Assembly (NCBI GenBank): GCA_043803405.1
Contig: JAZDKB010000018.1
Span: 32,001 to 96,000, forward strand
DNA length: 64,000 nt
Direction: 5' to 3'
Source of the DNA: Spirochaetota bacterium
GTDB taxonomy: Bacteria > Spirochaetota > UBA4802 > JAFGDQ01
Shown: piece after piece, positions 17,483-28,717 of the stretch
Layout: every line of letters begins with the position of its first letter
Position numbering within the stretch: the first letter of the stretch is position 1
The notes under the pieces: model-generated
Database searches by the model: none
What the model saw: the letters and a program-made list of their open reading frames with translations, nothing else
What the model was told of the DNA's origin: nothing
Program-made: the position numbers and the translations under genes

Positions 17483-18748
17483 ATGATATCCGCATTAGAG
17501 AAATATGATCCTCAGATATATGAACTGATTAGACAGGAAGAAGCCAGGCAGAGCGGTTCCATCAGGCTGATACCGTCGGAAAATTACGTATCGCAGGCTG
17601 TAATGATAGCTTCGTCAAGCTGTCTTACAAATAAATACGCTGAGGGCTACCCTGGCAAAAGGTATTACGAAGGCCAGCAGGTTACGGATCTGATAGAGAC
17701 TATCGCGATTGCGAGGGCAAAGAAAATATTCAAAGCAGATCACGCGAATGTGCAGTCATATTCCGGCTCTGTTGCGAATCTTGCAGCATATAATGCTTTG
17801 ATTAAGCCGGGTGAAACCATAATGGGTCTGTCATTATCCAACGGCGGGCATCTGACCCACGGCTGGAACGTAAGCGTTACAAGTAAATTTTACAATTCGG
17901 TACAATATACGGTAGATGCTGCTACAGGAAGACTGGATTACAACCAGATTGAAGATATGGCAAAAAAGCATAAACCGCGGATCATAATTTCGGGCGCGAC
18001 TGCGTATCCGCGCGAGATCGATTTTAAAGCTTTCGGCGAAATAGCAAAGAAAGTCGGAGCATATCACGTAAGCGACATAGCGCATATTTCCGGGCTAGTT
18101 GTAGCAGGCATTCATAACAGCCCGGTACCCCACGCTGACATTGTTTCCACAACCACGCATAAAACGCTTCGCGGGCCAAGAGGCGGCATGCTGTTATGCA
18201 AACAGGAGCACGCAGACAAAGTCGATAAGTCCGTGTTCCCCGGAGTTCAGGGCGGGCCGCACATGCATACCATAACTGCTCTTGCCGTTGCTCTTGCTGA
18301 AGCAGATACAGCGGAGTTTGTCGAATACGCAAAACAAATAAAAAAGAACGCGAAACGCCTTGCCGAAAAGCTTACCGGCTATGGCTTTAACCTGGTGAGC
18401 GGCGGAACTGACAATCATCTGATTCTCATTGACCTCCGGAATAAAAATATCCCAGGCAAAAAGCTTGCCAAGGCTCTTGACAGGGCACGTATTGTTACAA
18501 ATTACAACACTGTGCCTGGCGACACAGCGACTGCTTTCAATCCAAGCGGAATAAGGCTGGGCACTCCGGCTGTTACGACGCGCGGCATGAAAGAAGACCA
18601 GATGGACTTTATAGCGCAGTTTATCAGCAAAGTCGCGGACAACGTTGACAATGAAAAAGTAATAGAAGAAGTCGGTAAAGAAGTGCTGCTGCTTTGCTCG
18701 CAGTTCCGGGTTCCTGAGCATTTCCATATTCCCGGCGTGGATCAGTAA
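17483..18748 (+). CDS. glyA: Serine hydroxymethyltransferase
   Basis: LIPSEN, NKYAEGYPGKRYY, TTTHKTLRGPRGG, SGIRLGTPAVTTRG. Confidence 0.98.
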   Translation: MISALEKYDPQIYELIRQEEARQSGSIRLIPSENYVSQAVMIASSSCLTNKYAEGYPGKRYYEGQQVTDLIETIAIARAKKIFKADHANVQSYSGSVANLAAYNALIKPGETIMGLSLSNGGHLTHGWNVSVTSKFYNSVQYTVDAATGRLDYNQIEDMAKKHKPRIIISGATAYPREIDFKAFGEIAKKVGAYHVSDIAHISGLVVAGIHNSPVPHADIVSTTTHKTLRGPRGGMLLCKQEHADKVDKSVFPGVQGGPHMHTITALAVALAEADTAEFVEYAKQIKKNAKRLAEKLTGYGFNLVSGGTDNHLILIDLRNKNIPGKKLAKALDRARIVTNYNTVPGDTATAFNPSGIRLGTPAVTTRGMKEDQMDFIAQFISKVADNVDNEKVIEEVGKEVLLLCSQFRVPEHFHIPGVDQ

Positions 18749-18803
18749 AAGCAGGCAATAAATTACCGGAAGTCATTTCAAAAATTTACTTATATACTTA
18801 AAT

Positions 18804-18928
18804 AAATCGGGATACTTCACAATATTTACTCCGGAATCAGGCCCTCCTGGTCAGTTTTTCATGTTTTCGAAAGCTATTGCAACAGGCCTGAAAGGCGTCC
18901 TCATAAATATTGTGAAGTATCCCGATTT
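18804..18928. repeat. Long-stem palindromic element, family P copy 1
   Basis: Perfect 25-bp IR (18804-18828 / 18904-18928) around core CGGAATCAGGCC...GGCCTGAAAGGCGTCCTC. Confidence 0.9.
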
Positions 18929-18985
18929 TTGTCAGTTATTCATCTAATAAATTAATATTTTTAAGGTGTGTTCTATTTATTAATT

Positions 18986-19531
18986 TTAAGGGATTTTACT
19001 TCCGGGAAATATTATATACATATCGATTTTATCGTCGCCTTTATCGTCAACAACAGCAATGCCGTTGCTGAAAAAATATATAATATCTTTACTGCCGTTA
19101 TCCTTTTTAAGTATATGCAGGTTTTTATTCCCGTAGCTGAAAATAAAATAATCGACGCCCCTGCTGATATCAACAGAATCAATTGTAACTCTCTGCCCGT
19201 TTAATCCTGCAATAGCGCACACGGTATTCGAATTTAAAAAAAATATCGCCTTTTGAAAATTATAATAATATATCTTATCAAAAATAATTTTAACAGGAGC
19301 GCTTATTTTAAAGACATCGCTGAAAAGTTCTTTTTTTTCTTTCAGTTCTGAAATTTTATCAGGATATCCTTTCAACGCAAGAAGATCGTCGTTTGTCTGG
19401 TTAAGCAGTATATTCTCTGCTCCAAGTCCGGGCGCGATCAAAGATTTATCGTTCTTAATGCCAAGAGTATTATTGTTTTCGGCAGCAACTGCCGAAAGAG
19501 TTATCATACATATAATTATTAAGCTTTTCAT
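18986..19531 (-). CDS. Exported hypothetical protein
   Basis: 181-aa ORF with signal peptide. Confidence 0.7.
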   Translation of the reverse strand: MKSLIIICMITLSAVAAENNNTLGIKNDKSLIAPGLGAENILLNQTNDDLLALKGYPDKISELKEKKELFSDVFKISAPVKIIFDKIYYYNFQKAIFFLNSNTVCAIAGLNGQRVTIDSVDISRGVDYFIFSYGNKNLHILKKDNGSKDIIYFFSNGIAVVDDKGDDKIDMYIIFPGSKIP

Positions 19532-19651
19532 TATGGTTCAGCAGCAATTATATTTTAAATATGTTGAAATAATTCACAATTCTGTTTATAATTTATAACG
19601 CTTTTTTAATGCATGTCTATCTATTTTCCGAATTAATTACAGGGAGATTTT

Positions 19652-20659
19652 ATGAAAATACTGGTTACCGGGGGAGCAGGCTATATAGGAAGCCATACAT
19701 GCGTGGAGCTTTTGAACGCAGGATATGAAATCATCGTTGTTGATAATCTGAGCAACAGCAAGGAAGAGTCGCTGAAAAGAGTAAAAGAGATCACAGGCAA
19801 AATGCCGGAGTTTCACAAAACCGATCTCCTGGACAGGGAAGCCTTGCGTACTGTTTTTGCCAAAGCAAAGATTGATGCTGTGATACATTTTGCAGGCTTA
19901 AAGGCTGTCGGAGAATCCGTGCAGATACCGCTAAGGTATTATCACAACAACATTACAGGCACACTGATGCTCTGTGAAGTAATGAAAGAATTTAACGTAA
20001 AGAACATTGTGTTCAGTTCTTCAGCCACTGTTTACGGCGATCCTCACAAGGTGCCGATTACAGAAGATTTTCCGCTGTCTGCTACAAATCCGTACGGCAG
20101 GTCCAAGCTTATTATCGAGGACATTCTACGGGACCTGTATGTATCGGACAACCTGATGAACATTGCGATACTGCGCTACTTTAACCCGGTCGGTTCGCAT
20201 AAGAGCGGGCGCATCGGCGAGTCGCCGAACGACATCCCGAACAACCTTATGCCCTACATTTCGCAGGTTGCTGTTGGCAAGCTTTCAATGCTGAGCGTTT
20301 TCGGCAGCGATTACCATACGCCGGACGGCACAGGGGTGCGCGATTACATACACGTTGTGGATCTTGCTATTGGGCACCTGGCAGCGCTTAAAAAACTCGA
20401 CGCAAAGTCCGGAGTTGTTACGTATAATCTGGGCACTGGCAGGGGATACAGCGTGCTCGACATGGTAAAGGCGTTCGAGAAAGCCTCCGGGAAAAGCGTA
20501 CCGTACAGGATCACCGGCAGGCGTCCGGGCGACATTGCAGCGTGCTATGCCGATCCTTCTAAAGCAAAAAACGAGCTGGGGTGGAGCGCGGTACGGGATA
20601 TTGATGAAATGTGCGCTGACACATGGCGCTGGCAGTCAGCAAACCCGAACGGGTATTAG
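19652..20659 (+). CDS. galE: UDP-glucose 4-epimerase
   Basis: [39 protein letters not shown]. Confidence 0.98.
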   Translation: MKILVTGGAGYIGSHTCVELLNAGYEIIVVDNLSNSKEESLKRVKEITGKMPEFHKTDLLDREALRTVFAKAKIDAVIHFAGLKAVGESVQIPLRYYHNNITGTLMLCEVMKEFNVKNIVFSSSATVYGDPHKVPITEDFPLSATNPYGRSKLIIEDILRDLYVSDNLMNIAILRYFNPVGSHKSGRIGESPNDIPNNLMPYISQVAVGKLSMLSVFGSDYHTPDGTGVRDYIHVVDLAIGHLAALKKLDAKSGVVTYNLGTGRGYSVLDMVKAFEKASGKSVPYRITGRRPGDIAACYADPSKAKNELGWSAVRDIDEMCADTWRWQSANPNGY

Positions 20660-20731
20660 ATACTATCTCTGAATCAATTTATATTATTAAAAAATTGAAC
20701 AGAAAATTTCTGATTCTTATATATAAAATTT

Positions 20732-20998
20732 TTATTCGGGCTTCCTGTAATAAAATACCAGAAAAATCTGTATTGCTACCATAACTGCATTAAGTGCGTA
20801 TAAATAAATCACATAATCCATACTGTACAGCAATTTATGAATTATTCCGCTGACATATCCCACAACAATAAATAAATAAAATGTTACGCTTAATCCCTTA
20901 ACGTTTTTAGTTTTCAAAGTCCTGGCTATCGCGAACGGCCACGAAATCCCGAAGCATATAAGCATAACAAGTTCAAATATGGTTTTTTCTAAATACAT
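20732..20998 (-). CDS. Small PQ-loop/SemiSWEET-like membrane protein
   Basis: Three TM helices; CFGISWP...KTKNVKGLS. Confidence 0.7.
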   Translation of the reverse strand: MYLEKTIFELVMLICFGISWPFAIARTLKTKNVKGLSVTFYLFIVVGYVSGIIHKLLYSMDYVIYLYALNAVMVAIQIFLVFYYRKPE

Positions 20999-21074
20999 TG
21001 TTTATATTTTTTTATGATTTATTTATTCTCATTAGACAGCAGCTGTGTTCAGCGGGATATCCTGCAATCCTATC

Positions 21075-21130
21075 ACATTCAATTCTAAAAAAATTCTTCT
21101 ACTCACAATTTCAAACATAACAGTGTACTG
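21075..21130 (-). repeat. 56-bp non-coding motif, copy 1
   Basis: Reverse complement is 48/56 identical, ungapped, to 49063-49118. Confidence 0.8.
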
Positions 21131-21311
21131 CTATAAAATATAGTCAATGTCCTTTTTAATATGTCAGTAATTTTTTATAAGCTGTCTTAAAATTGTATTG
21201 CTTAATAAATAAACAGGCGATATTTACATGATTATAAAACAAAAAAGCCTGCTCTTTGATGGCAGCAGATTATCTGCAGCATGATCGATATCACTTTAAG
21301 ATAAAAAAAGC

Positions 21312-22835
21312 ATGTTATATTTTAAATCACATAGATTAAAATTTATCATTTTACTTGTTTGTTTTACTTTGCTAAAAATGCCTTTGTTTGCAGCAAAGCC
21401 CATTGCCGGAATCGTAGGGGTTAAAGCGGAAAACCTGCGTGTAACCAGCATATCTCAAATACTGGAAAATCAGCTGATAAGCGTAATCAACAGCACAGGC
21501 TCATTCAGTATTTTAAACCCCGATCTGTTAAAAGATCAGCTGACACGATACGGATGTACGGACGAAGAATGCATTCTTGCGTTTGCGCGGGCTGCAAAAA
21601 TCAATTTAATAATTAAAGCGTATGTCGAGGACAAGGGGAACTCATTAGTATTTAACATTTATTCACAAAGCATTGACCCGCCATATTACGGAAAGATCGT
21701 GTATAAATACAGAGCCGAGATCCCTCTCTCCGGTCTTAGCATTTCAGTGACTGAACACAACTACATAGCCGAAGAGCACGCGGCGTATTTTGCTGCCGGC
21801 TTGCTGCGTAATTACAAATCCCAGCAATTCATCAATATTATAAACAATTTGCCTGCTGTTGACTATGAAGAAAATGTATACGGCAATTTTGACCTCTATA
21901 GATATGACGATAATAATCAAACCGATAATGAAAATATCAGAACATATAAAACCATAGGCAAAGTCAGCATTGATAATAAAAACGTAAAAATTATTTCCGG
22001 CAACAAGATTGTCATAAATAAAAATGATTTTATTTTTTTAAACTTCAATAAAAAAGCAGAATTTATTGACAGCTTTTTTATAGGCAGAAAGCGCGAACTG
22101 GTCTTTGAGAACAAACCTTATGCAGATACGGCAGTATTGTTTTTTTCCACAGTGCCTGCAAGCGCTTTAATGCCTTTAGTTGCGCCGCTCGGTTATTATA
22201 AGAACTGCGATTATTCAGGTTTGTCGCTATGGGCATTGAATGCGTTTCCATATTTATACCTGGAATACAAAGGACTTACGAACCGCCCGGATTCGTACAA
22301 AGAAGACAATAAAGATATTTCCAGGCAGACCGCAGCTCAGTACAGGTTCGGCCTGTACATGCTTTTTTGCGGGGGAATGCCGCTCGTAATAGACGCGTTC
22401 AGCAACAGGATGCTTTTTATGGCAGCCAGCTACCAGGGCAAACAGCATTATATCGGGAACACTATGTCTGCTGTATATCTTTCCCTGATATCGGGCGGAG
22501 GCGGCATGTTCTACAAAGGATACAGGCCCGAAGGCTATTTATATTTTCATCTGCATAATATATTGCTTTATATGGCAATCAAAGAATTTTCCGCATCTGA
22601 AATCTATAACCGCGCGACTGACTCATATAGTAAACATAACGGAGACAAAAAAAAGGGTTACGGATATCTTGGCGCTCTCACGATTGTGAAAATTATAGAA
22701 ATTACACGCGTAATTCTTGTTAAGGATAATATAAAGAACGGGACAGTTATTGAAGAAAGCTTCGGATTTGAGCCCGCAGTATACAAAGATGCATACGGGC
22801 TTGGCTTCGGCGCGCAATATACTTTAAAGTATTAA
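21312..22835 (+). CDS. Exported/membrane hypothetical protein
   Basis: 507-aa ORF with signal peptide; SLISGGGGMFYKG motif shared with 45005-46483. Confidence 0.75.
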   Translation: MLYFKSHRLKFIILLVCFTLLKMPLFAAKPIAGIVGVKAENLRVTSISQILENQLISVINSTGSFSILNPDLLKDQLTRYGCTDEECILAFARAAKINLIIKAYVEDKGNSLVFNIYSQSIDPPYYGKIVYKYRAEIPLSGLSISVTEHNYIAEEHAAYFAAGLLRNYKSQQFINIINNLPAVDYEENVYGNFDLYRYDDNNQTDNENIRTYKTIGKVSIDNKNVKIISGNKIVINKNDFIFLNFNKKAEFIDSFFIGRKRELVFENKPYADTAVLFFSTVPASALMPLVAPLGYYKNCDYSGLSLWALNAFPYLYLEYKGLTNRPDSYKEDNKDISRQTAAQYRFGLYMLFCGGMPLVIDAFSNRMLFMAASYQGKQHYIGNTMSAVYLSLISGGGGMFYKGYRPEGYLYFHLHNILLYMAIKEFSASEIYNRATDSYSKHNGDKKKGYGYLGALTIVKIIEITRVILVKDNIKNGTVIEESFGFEPAVYKDAYGLGFGAQYTLKY

Positions 22836-22887
22836 AAGTTCATAACTATAAATTCCTGCAAAAACCAAAAAAAGCAATAACGATCTT

Positions 22888-22979
22888 AGGACATATCATA
22901 AATTATTTTAATTTTCGAGGACTGTCTGAGGCCGAAGGCCGAGTTCCGCAGGAAATTAAAATAATTTATGATATGTCCT
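22888..22979. repeat. Long-stem palindromic element, family P copy 2 (short core, opposite orientation)
   Basis: Perfect 27-bp IR (22888-22914 / 22953-22979); minus-strand core TGCGGAACTCGGCCTTCGGCCTCAGACAGTCCTC. Confidence 0.88.
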
Positions 22980-23067
22980 TGAATAAATACAATCTCTAAA
23001 TATTTTTTTTATATTTCAACTGAAGTTTCCGTAAAAATTTCCAATAAATCTATAAAACAATCAAAGC

Positions 23068-23787
23068 TTATAATAGAGCTTTCCTTGCCAGCACTCGCCC
23101 GGAATCAGTTAATAATCTATTTTCAATCATTCGGGCTATTTTTTCTTTATCAGCGTCTTTTTCGTCCTCTTCAATATTTACAATCTGATCTGCATCAAAA
23201 AGCGCTTTAAATTCACTGGTCTCGGTTTCTCTTGGATGATGATGGTGGCCGATTATATCGCAGACTTTATCGATCAGTTCTTTTCCTGCATTTAATTGTG
23301 ATAATATTCCACGCGCAATACCAGGCCCCAGTTCTTCCTGGTATTTTGCAGAATTACTGTTGTATATTCTCTCAGCGTCCTTAATGCCGATATCGTGAAG
23401 ATATGCTGCACTGTAAACAACCGCCATGTCTGCGTTTAATTCCTTAGCTATCTGTTCACCGTATTGGGCTACTTTGTTTGCGTGATTTATGCGTCTCGCG
23501 TCGCTCCCGAAATACTGTTTCATTTCCACTGCAACGCGGTCTTTAAGGCTTGATAATTCATCAGCAGGCCTGTCATTTGAAAGCTCGCCGAGGCATTGTT
23601 CTGCGAACTTGCAGTACGCAGCGCAGCCTTTATCCATTTTAGGATTCATAATCCTGTAACCGCATTTTTTGCATTTTCTTGAGCTCTCGTCCTTAAAGAA
23701 TTCTTCAGGATGCCCGCATGATGGGCAATTAACGTTAAATATAGCGTTACTGTCCCAGTATCTGGTATCCTGTCCAGGGCATTTCAT
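23068..23787 (-). CDS. HD-domain phosphohydrolase with Cys-rich N-terminal zinc-ribbon-like domain
   Basis: CPSCG...CKKCG...CAAYC; H...LHDIG...HHH...DAD. Confidence 0.88.
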   Translation of the reverse strand: MKCPGQDTRYWDSNAIFNVNCPSCGHPEEFFKDESSRKCKKCGYRIMNPKMDKGCAAYCKFAEQCLGELSNDRPADELSSLKDRVAVEMKQYFGSDARRINHANKVAQYGEQIAKELNADMAVVYSAAYLHDIGIKDAERIYNSNSAKYQEELGPGIARGILSQLNAGKELIDKVCDIIGHHHHPRETETSEFKALFDADQIVNIEEDEKDADKEKIARMIENRLLTDSGRVLARKALL

Positions 23788-23852
23788 TGGCTTACCTCTT
23801 TACAAAAATATAATAATCCATTTTAACAAACCCGTCTTTGACATAAGTCAAA

Positions 23853-24170
23853 TCATTTTGTATTTTCGCATATCCAGTTTAAATATGATTCCAGCCCATC
23901 AGATATATTAAACGAAAAGATTTCCGGGACTTCATATGGATGAAGCGATACGATTTCTTTTTTGATACTATCAAAAAGCGATTCTTTGCTTTTAATTATC
24001 ATAAGGCATTCACTTTCATCGCATAACTTTCCTTTCCATTCATATATAGACGTTAATCCTTCAATTATATTTACACATGCCGCCAGCTTTTTCTGTACTA
24101 ATTCATTGGCGATTTTTTTTGCTTCTGTTTTTGATGAAATTGTGCATAAAATTAAAATAAATTCAGTCAT
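23853..24170 (-). CDS. cutA: Divalent cation tolerance protein CutA
   Basis: KLAACVNI, SIYEWKG, HPYEVPEI. Confidence 0.95.
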   Translation of the reverse strand: MTEFILILCTISSKTEAKKIANELVQKKLAACVNIIEGLTSIYEWKGKLCDESECLMIIKSKESLFDSIKKEIVSLHPYEVPEIFSFNISDGLESYLNWICENTK

Positions 24171-24392
24171 TGAGAAATTTCTCCTGTTATTAAATTTTAT
24201 CTGTGTTTAGTTTATGTTTTAATATTGACATTACGGATAAAATTTTTTTAATTATGCTTCACACAGCCTTTCTGAATATGCGCCGCAGGCGCAGGGAAAA
24301 TTTGCGGCGTCTGCGTGGCGGCTGCCATGTATTATATCTTAAAAAGATTATATATTTAAAGTCAAGATTTTTGCATTTAACAGGAGATAAGA

Positions 24393-25424
24393 ATGCGCAT
24401 CGCAATGTACTACAGCAACAATGATATACGTATTCAGGAAATTCCGGTTCCGGAAATAAAGGACGGTGAGATACTGATGCGCGTTATAGCGAGCGGAATA
24501 TGCGGAAGCGACGTAATGGAATGGTACAGGAAGGATAAGGTGCCGCTGGTTCTGGGACACGAAGTGGCAGGCGAAGTAGTGTCAATAGGTAAAGGCGTGG
24601 ACAGATTCAGGATCGGCGATAAAATTACGGCAACGCATCACGTTCCGTGCAATACATGCCATTACTGCCTTAACGGCCATCATACAGCGTGCAAAACATT
24701 GCAGAAAGGGACTTACTTTGTTCCGGGCGGTTTTGCAGAATATATAAGAATTCCGGAGATCAATGTGGACAGGGGCACTTTTCACATACCGGACGGTGTA
24801 TCCTATGAAGACGCTTCTTTTATGGAGCCGCTCGCATGCGTTATACGAGGGCAAAAGGGTGCCCGGCTTAAGCCTGGGCAGACTGTGCTTGTAATCGGGA
24901 GCGGCATAGCAGGGCTTCTGCACATTGCGCTTGCAAAGGCCCTGGGCGCAGGACTTATTATAGCTGCCGATACTCTGCCAAAGCGCCTTGAAATGGCAAA
25001 GATTATGGGAGCAGATATTGCCGCAGAAGCAAATGAAAGCCTTGGTGAATTTGTACGCGGCGTGAACGGGGGAATGCTGGCTGATCTTGTGATTATATGT
25101 CACGGGGAGTTTATTCCTGTTGCAATGAATACTGTTGAAAAAGGCGGCACCATTCTTTTCTTTGCATCTGCGCCGGAAGATGCTTTTATTCCGGCAAAGG
25201 TAAACGATATATTCTGGAGAACCGAGGTGACCCTTACAAGCACTTACGCGGGCAGCCCCAGCGACTGTGTTCTTGCTCTTAAGATGATCAAAGCCGGAAC
25301 CGTTAACGTTAATAAACTTATAACGCACAGGATAAAACTTGAAGAAGCTGTTATGGGATTTCAGGCAGTGGCATCGCCCATTCTGCATAATTCCATAAAG
25401 GTTATTGTAGAGCCCCAAAAATAA
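24393..25424 (+). CDS. Zinc-dependent MDR alcohol/polyol dehydrogenase
   Basis: GICGSD, GHEVAG, CxxCxxC, EPLAC, GSGIAG. Confidence 0.92.
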   Translation: MRIAMYYSNNDIRIQEIPVPEIKDGEILMRVIASGICGSDVMEWYRKDKVPLVLGHEVAGEVVSIGKGVDRFRIGDKITATHHVPCNTCHYCLNGHHTACKTLQKGTYFVPGGFAEYIRIPEINVDRGTFHIPDGVSYEDASFMEPLACVIRGQKGARLKPGQTVLVIGSGIAGLLHIALAKALGAGLIIAADTLPKRLEMAKIMGADIAAEANESLGEFVRGVNGGMLADLVIICHGEFIPVAMNTVEKGGTILFFASAPEDAFIPAKVNDIFWRTEVTLTSTYAGSPSDCVLALKMIKAGTVNVNKLITHRIKLEEAVMGFQAVASPILHNSIKVIVEPQK

Positions 25425-25554
25425 TATTGATATAATTTTATATATATAATATTATTAGTTGTTGCCTATTTGAATTATATTTGAAAAATATTTAAATTGT
25501 CTGGTTAAAGATTTATTTAATATATTAATCTTAACCTTATAAAAGGAGTGGCCA

Positions 25555-25893
25555 ATGCCTCTTACAGATCTTATTCAAAAGTCCAAAAAATTTGAAATCC
25601 AGTCATATAAAAAGCATTTTGACCCGAAAGAATTTAGAGAAACACATATACCATTTACAGGTTCTCCCAAGAAACATCCGTACGATCATAAAAAAGTGAT
25701 ATTATTGATTGATCCCTATAACAACAGTACTTCATATTATGAATTTAAAACAGCAGATATTTTACATGTGGAAGAGCTTCCGAATATTACCAATATGGAC
25801 GGCGAAACGGTAACTATGGTAAGAATATGGGTAAAGAAAGGAAGCATTGCTTTAAGATGTTCTCCATTTTTAGTCGAAGATTTAGAAATGTAA
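25555..25893 (+). CDS. Conserved hypothetical protein
   Basis: 112-aa ORF with strong RBS AAGGAG. Confidence 0.75.
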   Translation: MPLTDLIQKSKKFEIQSYKKHFDPKEFRETHIPFTGSPKKHPYDHKKVILLIDPYNNSTSYYEFKTADILHVEELPNITNMDGETVTMVRIWVKKGSIALRCSPFLVEDLEM

Positions 25894-25950
25894 TAGAGTA
25901 TAATACTTATTTAAATTAACTGATAATAAAAATAAGCACAGGAAATCATA

Positions 25951-27519
25951 ATGGATAAATTCAAAGCGGAAAAACTCATCAACAGAATCAGAATTTTATT
26001 CGGATTGTTTTTTCTGGTATCCGGCCTGCTGTCAATCCGTTCGGGATCTGAAAAAGCTGTTTACCAGTCAATACTTATCGGAAGCGGTGTTCAGTTTTTC
26101 GTTGTTTTTTTAAACGCAATATTTCTTCGATTAAAGAAGATGCCGCAGTCGCTTATTTATTTTTCTGCAACAGTTGAAATGCTGAATATACTAATAGTTA
26201 AATTCGGATTCCATAATGATCCATTTAACGGCTGGGGACTGACCATTAAAGAGCCTTCTACATTTATTTTATTAATATTATTCTGCATAATTAACGGACT
26301 GCGCTTTAATAAAGCTCTTAACCTGTATCTGGGCGCCATTACTATTGCAGGTTACGCCACTCTTATTGCCCTGGGTGTTACTCAGGGGAACATGGTCTTT
26401 GTTACCGATGCAAAGCTGATCTTTACGCCTAACTCGCTGCGTCTGCCTACGGAAGGAGCGCTGATACTTTTTATGGCAGGCAACACCTACTTTTTATATT
26501 TAATGGCTTCGTTTACAAACAGAAATATATTTAAAATTGAGCAGGCGCGCCAGACTGCAAATGAAAATCTTGACGCAACAAATAATTTACTTGAGAATGT
26601 TAAACAGATTACAACCCAGCTTGCTTCTTCAATTCAGGAAATGTCTGCTACCACAATGTCGCTTGCCGAGAACTCGCATACTCAGGCTGCCAAGGAAGAA
26701 GAGATTGTACAGGCAAGCGCAGGCAATGTTGCAAGCATTGACGAGCTTTCATCCAATGCCCAGACGCGCTCCATAGTGCTTAAAATGCTTACGGAAAGAG
26801 TAAAAGAGCTTTCCCAATCCATTACCGAGCTCAATAAGGAAACGGATAAGTCGTTAAAACTGACCGAATCCATTACCGAGCGCATAACGGACGGGGAAAC
26901 TGCTCTTAAATCGACAAACGAAACAATGGTAGCAATCGAAGCAAGTTCCGGCGAGATGACAAATATTATGTCATTCATTAATGATATTTCGGATCAGATA
27001 AATCTGCTGTCTCTTAATGCTGCAATAGAATCCGCGCGCGCAGGCGAGGCCGGCAGAGGATTTGCAGTAGTTGCGGATGAAATATCCAAGCTTGCCGATA
27101 AGACGGCGCAGAGCATTAAGGATTTTGAGTTGCTTGTGAGAAGGAATGACCAGGAAATTAAAAAGGGCAGGCAAAATGTTAAGTATTTAAACGAGATAAT
27201 TAATAAAATAATTGTAGATATAGCGGCAATTACCGGATTAATTAATCAAATATCCAGTTTTATGCGCAAGCAGATAGAACATAATGAGAAAGTTACATCT
27301 GAATCTGAAAAAATGCAGACAATTTCCGGGGAAATCGATAACTCGCTGGAAATCCACCGTCAGTCGATTAAAACCATTTCTGAAGCAATTAAAAAAATCG
27401 GAAGCGTCAGCCAGGAGAATTCAAGTGCAACTGAAGAAATGGCTGCCAATACAGAAGAGATTTCCGGCATGGCTGAAAATCTTAAGAAGCTTGTGGATAA
27501 TTTTAAATATAGCGTATAA
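25951..27519 (+). CDS. Methyl-accepting chemotaxis protein with multi-TM sensor
   Basis: [34 protein letters not shown]. Confidence 0.95.
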   Translation: MDKFKAEKLINRIRILFGLFFLVSGLLSIRSGSEKAVYQSILIGSGVQFFVVFLNAIFLRLKKMPQSLIYFSATVEMLNILIVKFGFHNDPFNGWGLTIKEPSTFILLILFCIINGLRFNKALNLYLGAITIAGYATLIALGVTQGNMVFVTDAKLIFTPNSLRLPTEGALILFMAGNTYFLYLMASFTNRNIFKIEQARQTANENLDATNNLLENVKQITTQLASSIQEMSATTMSLAENSHTQAAKEEEIVQASAGNVASIDELSSNAQTRSIVLKMLTERVKELSQSITELNKETDKSLKLTESITERITDGETALKSTNETMVAIEASSGEMTNIMSFINDISDQINLLSLNAAIESARAGEAGRGFAVVADEISKLADKTAQSIKDFELLVRRNDQEIKKGRQNVKYLNEIINKIIVDIAAITGLINQISSFMRKQIEHNEKVTSESEKMQTISGEIDNSLEIHRQSIKTISEAIKKIGSVSQENSSATEEMAANTEEISGMAENLKKLVDNFKYSV

Positions 27520-27555
27520 AATGTAATTCGTTTTTAAAACATAAGTAAATAATAA

Positions 27556-27585
27556 AAAAACCCGATCTGTTAGAATCGGGTTTTT
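27556..27585. terminator. Bidirectional intrinsic terminator
   Basis: AAAAACCCGAT / ATCGGGTTTTT hairpin between convergent genes. Confidence 0.8.
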
Positions 27586-27613
27586 GTTTTTTTAGATGAA
27601 AAATACGGTATAT

Positions 27614-27814
27614 TTATACAAAAGAAACTTGAACTGCTCTTAGGCCTTTCTCGCTTTTTTCAATATTAAATTGTACTTCTGCACCTTCGGACAGTGTTTT
27701 AAAACCATTCCCCATAATATTTGAATGATGAACGAAATAATCCTTTCCATCATCTGCGGTAATGAATCCAAAACCCTTCTGGTCGTTAAACCATTTAACT
27801 GTACCTTTAGACAT
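27614..27814 (-). CDS. Cold-shock protein (CspA family)
   Basis: GTVKWFN, KGFGFI, YFVHHS. Confidence 0.96.
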   Translation of the reverse strand: MSKGTVKWFNDQKGFGFITADDGKDYFVHHSNIMGNGFKTLSEGAEVQFNIEKSEKGLRAVQVSFV

Positions 27815-27943
27815 ACTTTTACTCCTGTGTATTTGTGTGATTGTTTGTGAATTAGTTGTAAGACTACTATGAAGATTACCTAAGAAACATTTTTGATCGG
27901 TAAGATTATAGAAGATTTATAATAACTTAGTCACTTACCGGCT

Positions 27944-27972
27944 AATATAATAAACATTATATAATTTGTCAA
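27944..27972 (-). promoter_or_regulatory. Sigma70-type promoter of the csp gene
   Basis: TTGACA-17 bp-TATATT on the minus strand, giving a ~120-nt leader. Confidence 0.65.
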
Positions 27973-28175
27973 CATATAAATAAAAAATATAGATAAATAA
28001 GCAGAATAAGTATAAATTAAATATTATATTGGATATATTAGGACAATATACTTGCTATAATTTAGTCAAGGTTAAAAAATAGCATTCGTTCTCCTGCGAA
28101 AGGGAAGATATTATTTTTAGTTGTATTGCAAATTATTTAGCGAATTAAAATAAATCGTATCTATGCAAAAAGATA

Positions 28176-28204
28176 TTGACAAAAGTTCGTCATCGAACAA
28201 TACT
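28176..28204 (+). promoter_or_regulatory. marR promoter with palindromic operator in the spacer
   Basis: TTGACA (28176-28181)-17 bp-AATACT; GTTCGTCATCGAAC at 28185-28198. Confidence 0.65.
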
Positions 28205-28222
28205 AATGAAAAGTGGGGCTGT

Positions 28223-28654
28223 ATGGCTCCAACTCATATTATATGGCAGATCAATACTCTAAAAGATCTTGCTGAGAAATTCATATTGAAACGCTTTACG
28301 GCTTTGGGTTATGAAGGCCTTTTCCCGAGTCACGGTGGTATTCTTGCTATGCTTTTTACTGCAGGCGGAAGACTTAAAATGAAGGAAATTTCTGACAGGC
28401 TCGACAGAACAAAATCGACCGTTAGTGAACTCGTAAATAAGCTCGAGAACATGGGACTTGTCAGGAGGCACGAGTGTACTGTGGACGGTCGCGTTTGTTA
28501 TGTAAACATCACGCACAAAGGCAGGGATTTCGAGAAGGAACTTGCCGATTTAGCCCGCGAGCTTAATGAATCACTGTATAAGGGATTCAGTGAGACAGAG
28601 AAGGAAGCAGCAGAGTCGTTAATTGTGAGAATGATGAAAAATCTTGCCGAATAG
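28223..28654 (+). CDS. MarR family transcriptional regulator
   Basis: wHTH MKEISDRLDRTKSTVSELVNKLENMGLV, DGRVCYVNITHKG; start placed downstream of the promoter (ORF track 28163). Confidence 0.92.
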   Translation: MAPTHIIWQINTLKDLAEKFILKRFTALGYEGLFPSHGGILAMLFTAGGRLKMKEISDRLDRTKSTVSELVNKLENMGLVRRHECTVDGRVCYVNITHKGRDFEKELADLARELNESLYKGFSETEKEAAESLIVRMMKNLAE

Positions 28655-28692
28655 GCTAATCAGAGAGGGGAACCTCTTTTTTATTTAAATAA

Positions 28693-28709
28693 ATTGTTCG
28701 ATGACGAAC
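28693..28709 (-). promoter_or_regulatory. Second copy of the putative MarR operator
   Basis: Exact reverse complement of 28185-28201. Confidence 0.65.
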
Positions 28710-28717
28710 AAAAAAAA

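Noticed and set aside
24255..24330. GC-rich hairpin upstream of the dehydrogenase as a riboswitch
   Set aside because: Only an imperfect stem with no known motif; possibly a decayed repeat
24582..25418. Long antisense ORFs (also 6956-7531, 11094-11690, 18194-18727, 29095-29835, 55310-55813)
   Set aside because: Shadows of well-supported genes on the opposite strand, with no motifs of their own
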